Position numbers and translations under genes: made by a program. DNA of 64,000 nucleotides from Eledone cirrhosa. Taxonomy: Eukaryota. Shown one piece after another: positions 27,543-39,854 of the stretch (the first letter of the stretch is position 1; each line of letters starts with the position of its first letter). The stretch spans positions 23,126,001 to 23,190,000 of the forward strand of contig OZ024740.1 in NCBI GenBank assembly GCA_964016885.1, written 5' to 3'. Below the pieces are notes generated by a model, which was not told the DNA's origin, ran no database searches, and saw only the letters and a program-made list of their open reading frames with translations.

Positions 27543-28230
27543 CAGTCTCTCTCTCTCATATAGTCTCTCTCTCTCTCATACAGTCTCTCTCTCTCCCATA
27601 CAGTCTCTCTCTCTCTCTCTCATACAGTCTCTCTCTCTCTCATATAGTCTCTCTCTCTCTCATACAGTCTCTCTCTCTCCCATACAGTCTCTCTCTCTCT
27701 CTCATACAGTCTCTCTCTCTCATATAGTCTCCCTCTCTCTCTCTCATACAGTCTCTCTCTCTCTCATACCATCTCTCTCTCATAGAGTCTCTCTCTCACA
27801 CACCATCTCTCTCTCTCTCTCTCTCATACCATCTCCCTTTCCCTCATAAAATCTTTCTCCATCAATCAATCTCTCTCCCTCATACCATCTCTTTCTCTCA
27901 CACCATCTCTCTCTCACACCATCGCTCCCTCTCATACCATCTCTCTCTCTCACACCATCGCTCTCTCATACCATCTCTCTCTCTCATACCATCTCTCTAT
28001 CTCACACCATCTCTCTCTCTCTCTCATACCATCTCTCTCTCTCATACAATCTCTCACTCTCATACCATCTCTCTTCCACATACCCCCCCCCCCCCTCTCA
28101 TACCATCTCTCTCTCTCATACCATCTCTCTCTCTCACACAATCTCTCTCTCACACAATCTCTCTCTCCCTCATACAATCTCTCCCGCTTTCATACCATCT
28201 CTCTCCCTCATACCATCTCTCTCTCTCATG
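25525..28230. repeat. Compound minisatellite [CATACAG(TC)n], drifting to [CATACCA(TC)n]
   Basis: About 2.7 kb of roughly 20-bp units with a variable TC tract. Confidence 0.95.
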
Positions 28231-28403
28231 TTTCTGATTAAATCATCCGAATACACACTGTATTTAAGGTTGAGTGACACAACTTCGAGTGATTAGCGGC
28301 CTTTAGACTCACATGATCAATGAAACAATTGTTAATACTGTAAATAAAAGCCCTTATTGTACAGCCGACCATGTTATTCTTCACTCTTTCTCTCCCTCTC
28401 TCT

Positions 28404-28501
<98 letters not shown>

Positions 28502-28523
28502 GTATATATATGTATATATATAT

Positions 28524-28708
28524 AGGAAAAAGTATGACCCCGACGGCAGAGCTCACGCCGTTTCGACGGCTATTTCTGGAGTCCAGAAACGGCTTGAGTT
28601 CTGCCATCGGGGTCACACTTTTTCCTATTTACCACTCTACTAGCCTAAGTATTGAGTACTCTGGTGCGTTATGGTCCATCTGGTTCCTTGCCACAATTCC
28701 TTTGTTAT
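28524..28708. mobile_element. Fold-back element, family E
   Basis: Arms 28523-28563 and 28584-28627, plus tail aagtattgagtactctggtgcgttatggtccatctgg. Confidence 0.78.
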
Positions 28709-28719
28709 ATATATATATG

Positions 28720-29042
28720 GAATTAGGATTGGCGCTCTGAAATAGCGATGTATACATGAATATATGTATAGTATATTTGGTAATATACAGTATGTCTGTA
28801 TAATCAGCTCTTGATTATTACTGGAATTCTATAAGTATCCAGCTTCTATAATTTTTGGCGGAAGCTAAGGATACGTGGTTCTGATGGACGCCAACCAGTG
28901 TGAAACAGTCTGTTAACCTCTCTCCCTTCTTTCGCCGAAAATAAGTGACATAGTCACTACTTTAAAACTGATAGCGTATGGTCTTCTAAATATTTATTTT
29001 TTATTAAACATATGATATATTGCCAAATAAACAATGCATACA

Positions 29043-29046
<4 letters not shown>
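28720..29046 (+). mobile_element. TA-embedded element with an HHR (28877-28918), related to 33770-34210
   Basis: ggtt-CTGATGG-acgc-caacca-gtgt-GAAA-cagtctGTT-aacc (A9G substitution). Shares the tail gtcactact.taaaac..atagcgta.ggtcttc. Confidence 0.65.
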
Positions 29047-29114
<68 letters not shown>

Positions 29115-29300
29115 GATAAATCTACCAAAAATTTACGGTAGTGTCCAATCCGTATGAAGAACTCAATGTAATCCGGATATCATGAAAAGAGAAGATGTAT
29201 TCAAAAACTATTTCGGTGAAAATTAACGGAAAACAGAGTCAAGATAAATTAATAAAGTAATGAATAAACAAAGAAACAGTTCCTTATATTAAAAACATTC

Positions 29301-29439
29301 ATCATTTTACGATCGTTTCTAGGATATATATGTGTTAGTGTTGGGTATGCATATTCTATAGATCTATGTAAAATATTTATACAAACTATCAGAGGGAATA
29401 TACATACCTACACATATATATGCTGTCTTCAGAAATAAT
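29301..29439 (-). ncRNA. Type I hammerhead with extended helix II
   Basis: attattt-CTGAAGA-cagc-atatatatgtgt...acacatatatat-ccta-GAAA-cgatcGTA-aaatgat, with palindromic helix III acgatcgt. Confidence 0.65.
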
Positions 29440-29620
29440 TGTTTCTACTTTAGGCACAAGGCCAGCAATTAACCAGTGCATTACTGGTACTTTATTTTAT
29501 CGACCCCGTAAGGATGAAAGGCAAAGTCAACCTCGGCGGGATTTGAACTCAGATCGTAAAGGGACGTAACTATGCTGGAAAGCATGGCGTCCGACCCTCT
29601 ACCGATACTGCCAATCCACC
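29440..29620 (-). mobile_element. Nin-domain SINE with an 18-bp TSD
   Basis: TSD gctgtcttcagaaataat at 29422-29439 and 29621-29638. Confidence 0.92.
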
Positions 29621-30384
29621 GCTGTCTTCAGAAATAATGATATTTGTTTATTGAAAAAAACACAAAGATTTAATACAATAGGTCTGTTTGGGAACAGGTT
29701 TGAATTGACCAATAGAGAGATAGTGAAGGTCAAGATAGTAATCTAGTAGTAAAAGAACCTTAATTTATGGGTAGAGGAAGGTAGATTTCAGTTTTGGATG
29801 GAAAAGAATATTATGAATGAAAGATTATTTTAGGGATGAAAATAGGTCGTATGCTGACCTCAGAAATAATTATATTTGTTCATTGAATAAAACCAACAAA
29901 GATTTGATATAGTCTGTTTGGTAACAGGTTTAGAATTAACCAATAGAAAGTTAATAATTGGCCAAATGGTAAAATAGTAGTAATTGAAGTTTATTTTAGG
30001 GGTAGATGAAGGTAGATTTCAGTTTTGAATGGAGTGTGGAGAATGAGAAGGTTACTTTAGGGGTGAAAATAGGCCAGGTCAGTAAAAGGTATACAAACAG
30101 TTGCTGTTATAAAATAGTAATGCCAATGCAAATATCTAAGGAGACTAAAATGTTACGATAAGAGTGTTAGTGAAAAAAAACCCATGAAAAGAATATAAAT
30201 TAATTTAATTGATGGGTATATTTATATTGATAAAATTATACTAATGCATATAGATATGATAAATAAGAGTTAGATGTAGTTGAAGAGTGGTGTTAAAGAT
30301 GAGGGGAAATTAAAATAATATAAAAATAATATATATATATATATATATATATACATACATATACACACTCATACACACACACAC

Positions 30385-30453
<69 letters not shown>

Positions 30454-30720
30454 CGTACATATATACACATATACATACATACACATACATATAATTATTG
30501 GGGGGGAGAGTTAAATTTATAATAAATATATAGAGATTTCAAGGAACATAGAGTCATAACCTGAAATTAAAGCATTATATATGTTTACTTAATGGTATCA
30601 GTTTTAGGAAATGATAGTTGTAAGAAGGAAAGTAAAATTATGTAGTTCATCAGTAGTAGAATATTAATTATAGGTTAACTAAATTAAAATCAGTTTATAT
30701 ATTAATTTATAAGATGTATA

Positions 30721-31095
30721 TTAATTAGGTTTATAATATTTAAAGGTTTTTCTCAGTTTGTGATTACACGATATTATTAATTCCTGTCGCTTATTTAATA
30801 GGATATCCTTAGATTTCATTATTTTAAAAAGTTCTTGGGAACATAATCTACATTCATATCTATTATTTTGATAAGGGGTGGCCCTTTTGAGCACACTCCA
30901 GGTCAGGTCATAATCTATATTCCTCTTTCTATAATTATTAATTATTTCAGCTAGAGATGTTGTATTAGCTAGTGCGGCATTTTTAAAGCTATGTTTGTGG
31001 GTATTAAATCTTACCTTAAATTTGTTAGAGGTAGCTCCTATATATGAATAAATTGAGTCTTTAGTGTTAACTTTACATTTATATACTATGTTATT

Positions 31096-31098
<3 letters not shown>
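30721..31098 (-). pseudogene. PLE GIY-YIG endonuclease remnant, not in the ORF track (no start codon)
   Basis: Hand translation: VNNIVYKCKVNTKDSIYSYIGATSNKFKVRFNTHKHSF...DLTWSVLKRATPYQNNRYECRLCSQE...LLNKRQELIISCNHKLRKTFKYYKPN*. Confidence 0.85.
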
Positions 31099-31145
<47 letters not shown>

Positions 31146-31150
<5 letters not shown>

Positions 31151-32258
31151 AAGTAAAAGCAAAGTGGTTTCCCATATTTTCCTGCACCAAATCGCTTTTC
31201 AACAGAAGCCCCCTCAATTCAATCTATACATTGACAAATTGACAATCTTATGGATCATTTTGCATATATGTACTCTGTGTTTTTGCATTTATTCATTATT
31301 GGTTCTTTTCTTTTGTGTACTTTATATCTGTTTTTCTTTGGTTTTGTTCCATGTGATGGAAATTATGACTGTGTACCAGATTGACTACTGCCTTGAATAC
31401 TGTAGTTTACCCCCCGTTCTAATGTACGGCACTATCGTTCAATTTATGGATAGAGTAACTGTGACACTAGAACCCCCTCTCAGAACTTCTTACTTAAACA
31501 TCTCTCTCCATATTATTTACTCACTTCAATCTATATATTTTTTTACTCACCTCAATCCGGATTTTCACTTGAAACATTTTTTAATTTCTAATCGTTAATT
31601 TTTTAATTATTTAATTTATAATTTTTGATTTAGGATTTTAATTTTTATTTCCAACTCTCACTCATAACTTCCAATGTAAAACCATGCTACCTAGAATTAA
31701 GTTATTTTCTCTTGGGAGTTGATGGTCAGTCGTACTGTCCATGCTTGGTGAGAGGTAGTATGGTGATCTGTAAAAACTAACACTCTCCCATCCCCTCTGG
31801 CTTTCGGCTGACTGACACAGACGGGACGGGTAGCAGTAAACTATGGTACAAGCCTAAATGGGTCATTGTTTGGCTTAGAGGGTGAAATCTGCGGTAGCTA
31901 ATGGTCAACTTCCTTCGGACATGCGCCTGCGCAGACCGGTGGGGGTGAATTGGTACTCACAGGGGAACGGATGAAGAACCCAAAGGCACGCACTTCGTCC
32001 GTTCCCATATCGATTCAACTTGGATTGCCTCGGAAACATAACCTTATTATGTAACAAGCTGTCTGATGATGTCACGACACTCGCACACAGAACAGTGTGG
32101 CCAGTGTCGTCATTGAAATATATATCACAGCATTATTATTAAAGGACTTGAACATCTGAAAGTACTTCGCTTTTACTTATTCGATATTTACTCCGTCACT
32201 CCTATGTGGAATAAGTACGTTGAGTGCTTGAATTGAATTGCATCAATATTTACCCTAA

Positions 32259-32260
<2 letters not shown>
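31146..32260 (+). mobile_element. PLE pLTR-like island with a short inverted 5' piece and an HHR
   Basis: Bounded by (TA)n. The 5' gaataagtaaaagc is the reverse complement of gcttttacttattc near 32170. Confidence 0.6.
32058..32131 (+). ncRNA. Type I hammerhead with long helix II, predicted cleavage after AUC at 32126
   Basis: gctgt-CTGATGA-tgtc-acgacact-cg-cacac-agaaca-gtgtg-gcc-agtgtcgt-catt-GAAA-tatatATC-acagc. Confidence 0.8.
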
Positions 32261-32299
<39 letters not shown>

Positions 32300-32305
<6 letters not shown>

Positions 32306-32573
32306 GAGAAGAAAGAAGAATACTGCGTGGTTGCACATGGGTTACATATGATAAAATTAGTCCTTCGTCAGGGATTTGCCAACCATCATTGATATTTCAT
32401 CGCATTAAAAATCATATACCTCAGGTTGGTGCGAGCAATAACTAAAAAAAGCTATTGGGACAAGTAAATCGCGTAAAGCGAGTGAGACAAGTAAACAACA
32501 TAGAAGGATAAAAGCAACGCAAAGATGGGAATAAACAAGCAACATGGTTATCCGGTCACCATTAGCTGGGTGG

Positions 32574-32580
<7 letters not shown>
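32300..32580 (-). mobile_element. TA-embedded repeat; plus-strand relative at about 52860-53196
   Basis: Shared gctcgcaccaacc.gagg...gcgatgaaata...ctga.gaaggactaatttta...gcaaccacgcag. Confidence 0.65.
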
Positions 32581-32623
<43 letters not shown>

Positions 32624-32749
32624 TGTATGTATTGTATATTTGGCAATATACCGTATGTTTAATAATAAAAAAAACATATAGAAGACGATACGCTATTAGT
32701 TTTAAAGTAGTGATTAAATATATATATATATATATGAATGTATATATAG

Positions 32750-32784
<35 letters not shown>

Positions 32785-33003
32785 TCGGTCACTTACATAC
32801 ACACATATATACTTATATATGAATATAGATATGCATACGATTGCAAACACACACACATGCGCGTGCGCGTCTGTGTGTACTTCTAAACTCATGTGACTAT
32901 TCAAGTAAAATAATAATTTCCTTGAATGTTGGAAGAACACTGCAAAGTTACTGTTTCTGTTACTAGCATGTCTATAAGTCATAACAGCAACGACACCACC
33001 ATG

Positions 33004-33078
<75 letters not shown>

Positions 33079-33164
33079 GCTGCTGCTCTGCTGCTGCTAC
33101 TGCTATTGCTGATGCTACTACTACTACTACTATTTCTGCGCTTGAGCACTTTCTTTACAGTTAT

Positions 33165-33197
<33 letters not shown>

Positions 33198-33292
33198 ATA
33201 TGTATATACATATATAATATGTATATATATATATATATATAAAAAATATGTATGTATATAATATGTATATATATAAGATGTATATATATATA

Positions 33293-33705
33293 TTTCGTTT
33301 CTGAATTTGTCTAGTAAGATTCTTTATCTGAAAACGTGTGTTGAAACCGATATTGTTATACTTTGGGAGGGTCATGTTGCCAATAAGAAACACACGCACC
33401 AGTTGCTTTCACTCCAATTTATTATAAATTAAATTATAAATTTAAAAATTTTCGGTTGGTTGGTTGGTTCCACAACCGGACGGTCATTCATATATTGTCA
33501 AAGTTCTTTCGTCACACATTCTGTGACCTCTTCAGTGACTGGGGATTCTTTTCTTTGACAATATATGAACAACCGTCCGGTTGTGGAACCAACCTACCAA
33601 CCGGAAATTCGTAAATTTATAATTTAATTTATAATAAATGGAAGTGAAAGCAACTGGTGCGTGTGTTTCTTATTGGCAACATGGCCTTCCCAAAGTATAA
33701 CAATA
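33293..33705. mobile_element. Fold-back derivative of the family B pLTR (HHR 33497-33540, minus)
   Basis: Left arm matches 1788-2056. Right arm 33553-33705 is its inverse. Confidence 0.85.
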
Positions 33706-33769
33706 TATAGATATATATATTTATAGGGTGGCAACATAACCCTCCCAAAGTATAACAATATATATATTA

Positions 33770-34205
33770 GAATTGGCGCTCTGAAATAGCGATATATATA
33801 TGAATGTATATATAGTGTATTTTGCAATACACTGTATGCTTAATTAAAAGCATTTCGAAGACCTTACGCTATTGTTTTAGAGTAGTGACAGTCTCACTTA
33901 CGTTTAATTTTCCACAAACAGGGTAGATAAAGCTGTCAGAGCTGTGTTTCGTACTGATTGGTACTTATCAAAGCCAAGTACTCGACCTGTTTGCTGACAA
34001 TTATGAATGTTTGATTCTTATAGAATATATAATTGGCTTTGATAAGTACCAATCAGTACGAAACACAGCTCTGTCAGCTTTATCTCCCCAGTTTGCGGAA
34101 AATTAAAAGTAAGTTAGACTGTCACTACTCTAAAACAATAGCGTAGGGTCTTCGAAATGCTTATAATTAAGCATGCAGTGTATTGCAAAATACACTATAT
34201 ATACA

Positions 34206-34210
<5 letters not shown>
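33770..34210. mobile_element. Fold-back element with a U3:A8 HHR in both arms
   Basis: Arms about 33795-33977 and 34033-34210. The minus-arm HHR (33931-33975) has GAC instead of GUC. Confidence 0.82.
34035..34079 (+). ncRNA. Hammerhead with U3:A8 core, predicted cleavage after GUC at 34075
   Basis: ggct-TTGATAA-gtac-caatca-gtac-GAAA-ca-cagctc-tGTC-agct. Confidence 0.7.
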
Positions 34211-34274
<64 letters not shown>

Positions 34275-34277
<3 letters not shown>

Positions 34278-34474
34278 AACGAGTAGGACCCCGACGGCTG
34301 AGCTCAAGCCGTTTCGACGGCTAATTCTGGACTAATTAGTCCAGAATTAGCCGTCGAAACGGCTTGAGCTCAGCCGTCGGCGTCCTACTCGTTCCTATTA
34401 CCCACTCTACTACCCTAAGTATTGAGTACTTTGGTGCGTTATGGTCCATCTGGTTCCTTACCACATTTCCTTCG

Positions 34475-34476
<2 letters not shown>
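34275..34476. mobile_element. Fold-back element, family E; near-perfect palindrome of about 125 bp with no spacer
   Basis: Centre ctggactaattagtccag. The arms carry the HHR 3' half GAAAcggc-ttgagctca-gccGTC. Confidence 0.82.
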
Positions 34477-34516
<40 letters not shown>

Positions 34517-35758
34517 TTATATATATATATATTTCCGACAATATCCACGGAAATTGTTGACTCCGTGGAATATGTTGTGAGACAGTAAGAAGAATAAGAA
34601 GAATGAATAGGAGTCAAACATCTTTTCCCATTCTCTCATACCAGCGGGTGTAACAGCAATGAGACTAAAATACTTGTGGACTTGATTAATGTTTTTCAAA
34701 ACGTCACCACCATCTCTTAAAAGACTCGGTATTTTTTCGGTTTCAAGAGGCACGAATTAACTCAGAACGCTCATAGGTGAAATAGATATACGTTAAGACA
34801 TATTCTCCTCTAACATTCCGTCAATACATCACTACCTTTGATTGGGACTTAATTTATCGACCAGGAATAGGTGAAAGGCAAATTTGACAGTTGTGGTATT
34901 TGATTTCAGAACACAGAGACATTTCATCGAAGCTTCGCAAATTCGCCATCGCAAACATCGGGTGTTGCTGGTTAATGCCCCAATACCACCGCACCCTGGG
35001 CTCAGAGCCCACCATCCTGCTCCTCTTTTTCTTCTGTGGTCCCAGAGTCCTTGTTTTTCCCCCCGTTTTCCTCCCATTTATGTCCTTTCCTCTACTTTCC
35101 CATACAGCCAGATGTGCCTTTCTTTACCTCTTCCCCATTTTCTCATCACTTAATTTTGCTTTAGTCAAGTTATCCTACACTAATTCTATAACATACTTGG
35201 AGAAACACTAATATAGCTGTTCAACATTCGCCTGGCTGCCAACATAGGAATTGCAGTCGATCTTGCGATCCGGACCACCACTAATCCCGAACAACTGATT
35301 ACATTGTCTCTGAAAAGCCGCAATAACAACAATAATAATGAATAGAAAATGGCTGTCGGGATATATACCGCAATTACGACAACAGAAACAACCCAAAAAT
35401 ATCAAAATAAAACAAACAAACAGTAAAACAATGAAAAAAAGAATCCCCAAACCTTATAAACGTATTTCCTGTCGTTAATAGGATGACTCTGTACACAAAT
35501 ATAGGATAGATGGGTGGGTGGAATGAATATAAGACTTTATTAACGAGATTGAACTACGTAAAAAGATATTTTATTCAAAATGGCTGCAAATAACAATTCA
35601 CTGGTGGACGTTAAAACACGTAAATATGATTCATGAGTTTAGCTGATGTCTGACGTAATAGTGTGAAAAAAGAGCTTATAAACACTCTTTGTGACAGGCG
35701 TGTAAACATTCAGATTTATACACTAGTAGATATGTGTGTATATATGTACGCTTATATT

Positions 35759-35821
<63 letters not shown>

Positions 35822-35836
35822 GTGTATGTATGTATG

Positions 35837-36606
35837 TTATCTCTTTCTCTTAATTTCGAGTATATTTTTTTGACCGGCCACCTTCCTGGTGGCAAGGTTG
35901 TAAAATAAAATAAATTGTCATCCCTTGAATCGCAAGAATGTTTTGCAAATTTTGAAAGTGCCAGCTATTGCAGCCATTTGTAGACTATGAATTAGGGAGC
36001 TGCGTTCTTTGTCCGCAAATCAAAGTTCAGTTATACTTTGGTCCAAGCGGGTTGGTATATAACCCGTAGCTCCAATAATGATGGGGATGAAGCTAAAGGT
36101 GTATCTTGGATACTGGATTTGTAAACTCCTCATCAATGGTCCGTAGATGTCCTCCTTCTCCTGTATTTTTCTGACAAGTTTACATCAAGTGGGCAGCTGA
36201 TCTCCACAACAGAACACGTTTTCGATGTGTGGTCCCACACAACAATATCAGGCCGGTTGTGCTTTATATTGGTGGCAGTTTTTATTTTCAGGTTCCACCA
36301 GTATTCCTTAGTGCCATCTGTCTCAATATATTCTTCCTCATTTGTTGTTAATTTTGTTTTCCGAAGTGCGTTCCAGATGGTTCTAGCTATCCCATCGTGT
36401 CTCATGGGGAGGTAGCAGCGAGATGACATTCTTTCGCAGCTGGCAACAATGTGGCTTACATCTTCGATCTTTGTTTTACATAGCCTACATTTATTGTCAG
36501 CTGATGGCCCTCCCCTTTTGTGCAGCAGATATTTGGTAGGGAGTTCTTGTTCCTGTATTGCATAGAGATATCCCTCAAGGTGTGATGTCATAAACTTATC
36601 GGAACT
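35837..36606 (-). mobile_element. 3' remnant of an RLE-type non-LTR element (R4/Dong-like) in (TACA)n
   Basis: AIQEQELPT...CRLCKTKIEDVSHIVASC...RHD...NRPDIVVWD...VVEISCP. It continues after a frameshift to IPIIIGATG...KICKTFLRF. Confidence 0.82.
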
Positions 36607-36750
36607 GTATGTATGTATGTATGTATGTATGTATGTATGTATGTATGTATGTATGTATGTATGTATGTATGTATGCATGCATGTATGTATGTATGTATGT
36701 ATGTATGTATGTATGTATGTATGTATGAATGTATGTATGCATGTATGTAT

Positions 36751-37358
36751 GTCAGGTCACCAGTTGGTGCTACTGGTAACATGTATCCCAGTACAACCTG
36801 TCCCATGGTCGGGTCGTTGGCGACTAAACTGGAAACTCCACCAAGGTTTCTTGGTGAGGAGGGTGACTTTGGACATCCTGCAGGACTAAAAACAAAACCT
36901 GTCAAAGGGCAAAGGAGCTCTTAAGAGTCAATGGCCATCCAAACTCACCGGGAGAGATGACCCCTTAGCCTTTGTCAAGGCAGAATTCTAGGAGAAGGAA
37001 AACTCTGATATAACACCTGCAACCCTGATGGTATCCAATGATGTTGACTTGTTCTTCTTTTTGGTAAATATCATCTTGGTTAAGAGAGTGGGACTGGCTT
37101 TGTGCAGTGCCTTTGCTCACTATAAAAGCTTCACGGCACAGGCATTGCTTTGTATCTGGAGATCTCTCTGCACTTGTCGTCATATGGTACCATGGGCCCA
37201 GCACTATGTGTCAATAATTGTCACAAGTGTAGTGTTTGTACCATAGTTTTCAAGTCGCTGGCTGGACTAAAAAGTCACACTCGTTCAGCGCATCGGTAGG
37301 GGTTCTCCTACATGGATATAAAGTAGTGGCCGTACTCGAAAACGAGTTGGCAGCCACA
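36751..37358 (+). mobile_element. Non-autonomous RTE-derived bipartite element, copy 2 (longer 5' end)
   Basis: Matches 23275-23833 and is flanked by (TATG)n. Confidence 0.7.
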
Positions 37359-38514
37359 ATGTATGTATGTATGTATGTATGTATGTATGTATGTATGTAT
37401 GTATGTATGTGTGTATATATATATATGTATATATGTATGTATGTATATATGCATCTATGTGTGTATGTATGTATGCATGTATGTATGTATGTTATTGTAT
37501 ATGTATATATATATGTGTGTATACTGTATATGCACATCTATTCCCTAAATCTAAATATCTTACTGTTTCCTTTTACACTTAACAGGCCTTTTCCATAGCA
37601 CATTACACCCACACATACAATTGCACACACACCTACACACACACACACACATACTTACACACACATACACACACACACACACTTACACACACACGCATAC
37701 ACACACATACTCACACACATGTACATACATACATGCATACATACATGTATATATACATGCATACATGCATATATAAATACATATATCTACATACATAAAT
37801 ACATTCAATCATCCATATATATATATATATATATATATAGCCTAAAATGGAGTGAGAATAAGAAGAAAACAAGAACGGGGGGGTCCTTATCAGTTATCTA
37901 CTGGGGATTTGGGATATTTCCACGCTTTAAAGACAAGATATTTACCGTCCAGAGCGTCGTTCAATGACTGGGTAAGTTATTGGGAAAATGGAGGAGGGTG
38001 GGAAGGAAAATTGAAGAGAAAGGGGAAGAAAAGAGAAACAGCAAAAAAAACAAAAAAACGAGCAATGTGCGAGCAACTTAAGGTAAGAAAATATATGTGA
38101 ATTATCCTTCGGGTAGCATGCAACGTGATTCCTGTTGATGTCACTCGACCATGTAGATCTTCCCTTGATAGTTTGTTGTGTTCGATACCAACATATGCTT
38201 GGCTTATAATATACGAAAGTGTACGCTTCGCTAAGGAAATCTTATTAACCGAAACATGCCTGTTGGTTTCAATAGTTGGTTTGAAAGATCAAATCCACTA
38301 CAATGTGAATTGCCTATATTGCCTGAATATTACAGCTGATTATATTGGAGCTATCTTTCTTGCCAACTAATATTTTATGTAATATTCGCAATATTACGCA
38401 TGTAAGCTATTACCGTATATTAATATATAATATATTTGGTTGACGTTGTTATTGCTTTTGACGTTGTTATTGCTTTTATTAAGCGGCCATGTATTTGTTT
38501 TGTAATGTTTTAAC

Positions 38515-38825
38515 TTATGAAGTCGTGTGTTGAAACAGATAGTGTTGTATTTGAGGAACGTCATGCTGCCCTAATATTGTCAAGAAGTAGTAAAACACAC
38601 TCAGTGTTTGGTTTGGTTTGGTTTTCGCTTCAGTTTCAGTCTATAAAAGTAGTTATATCTATAAAAGAAATTATATCTATATTTATTTTCTCAACTGTTG
38701 TACAATCAATGATAAACATTGATTGGCAGCTAAATTATTTATGGAAATACAAAAAATATATACTGAAACTGAAGCGAAGACCAAAGCAAACAATAAGTGT
38801 GTTTTACTAACTTTTTTGGCAAACA
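38515..38825. mobile_element. Old fold-back element related to 8680-9202
   Basis: gtcgtgtgttgaaacagata start. Arms agtaaaacacac...ttcgcttcagtttcagt / actgaaactgaagcgaa...gtgtgttttact. Confidence 0.6.
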
Positions 38826-38875
38826 TAACAATATATTCTTTTATTAGTTTTTAAAATGTATATCTGGAGGAAATA

Positions 38876-39035
38876 GGGCTCTTTACGTTCTGGGTTCAAA
38901 TCCCGCCGAGGTTAGCTTTGTCTTTCATCCTTACGGGGTCGATAAAATAAAACACCAGTAATGTACTAGGATCGATTTAATCGACTTTCCTCTCTCCAAA
39001 GATTGCCTTCCTTGTGCCTATAGTAGAACTCATTA
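38876..39035 (+). mobile_element. Nin-domain SINE
   Basis: gggttcaaatcccgccgagg B-box, core and tail. Confidence 0.85.
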
Positions 39036-39596
39036 TATCTATCTAAGGCTATCATGGAAGGTAGCCGAGTTTCTGACATAGTTTTAGACGTAGTAGAATC
39101 TGTAGAAGTCATTAGAAGAATATCGATAGGGGAAATTATGATTGATCAGATATTTATGTGAATATATTTCTGTTCCAAAATCTAGAAAACAAAGAAAAAC
39201 AGAAATAGCCCAAAATTCAAATATTCGATTATTCTGGGAGTAAAAACAACGAGAAATATAATAAAAAAGAAATCACAAATCAGAGGAAGGAGAAATCGAA
39301 TATATAAAGTTATCGATGTATCAATAATCCGTATTCATGTTTCTTTCACAACAACACAAGATTATTATAGATTGAGCCGTTGAATTGGTCGTATTACTTG
39401 TATTTGTTGAACACGTGAATAACTGTAAGAATGTTGTTGATATTTTAAACATGAGCAGAATAACGGTGTGTGAGAGGGATGAATAAATTGAGAGATTGAT
39501 ATATATATCTACCAATCTCTCTCTCTACATATATATATAGAGAGAGAGAGATTGGTAGATATATGGATAGATAAATATAGGTATAGGTAGATTGGT

Positions 39597-39668
<72 letters not shown>

Positions 39669-39671
<3 letters not shown>

Positions 39672-39854
39672 TTATTCCGGGTTGAATTGGAGGTAACCAG
39701 AGTAAGTAAGGTACTCAATACATATCAGAGTATAACAGTTTTAATATAGAAGAGCTTCTAAAGGACTAGAACTGTTTCATTCGTGAGAAATCATCAGGAA
39801 TATGCTTCTTGATGATTTCTTACGAATGAAACAGTTCTAGTCCTGTAGAAGCTC

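Larger units (their letters stand above)
29112..31100 (-). mobile_element. Third PLE 3' remnant (GIY-YIG, partly duplicated 3' region, HHR), interrupted by a SINE and a microsatellite
   Basis: ORF remnant 30721-31098, diverged duplication of about 230 bp (29628-29846 / 29860-30073), HHR at 29301-29439. Confidence 0.7.

Noticed and set aside
25525-28230. CRISPR-like regular periodicity (also 57660-59872)
   Set aside because: No unique spacers, no cas genes, and a eukaryotic context.
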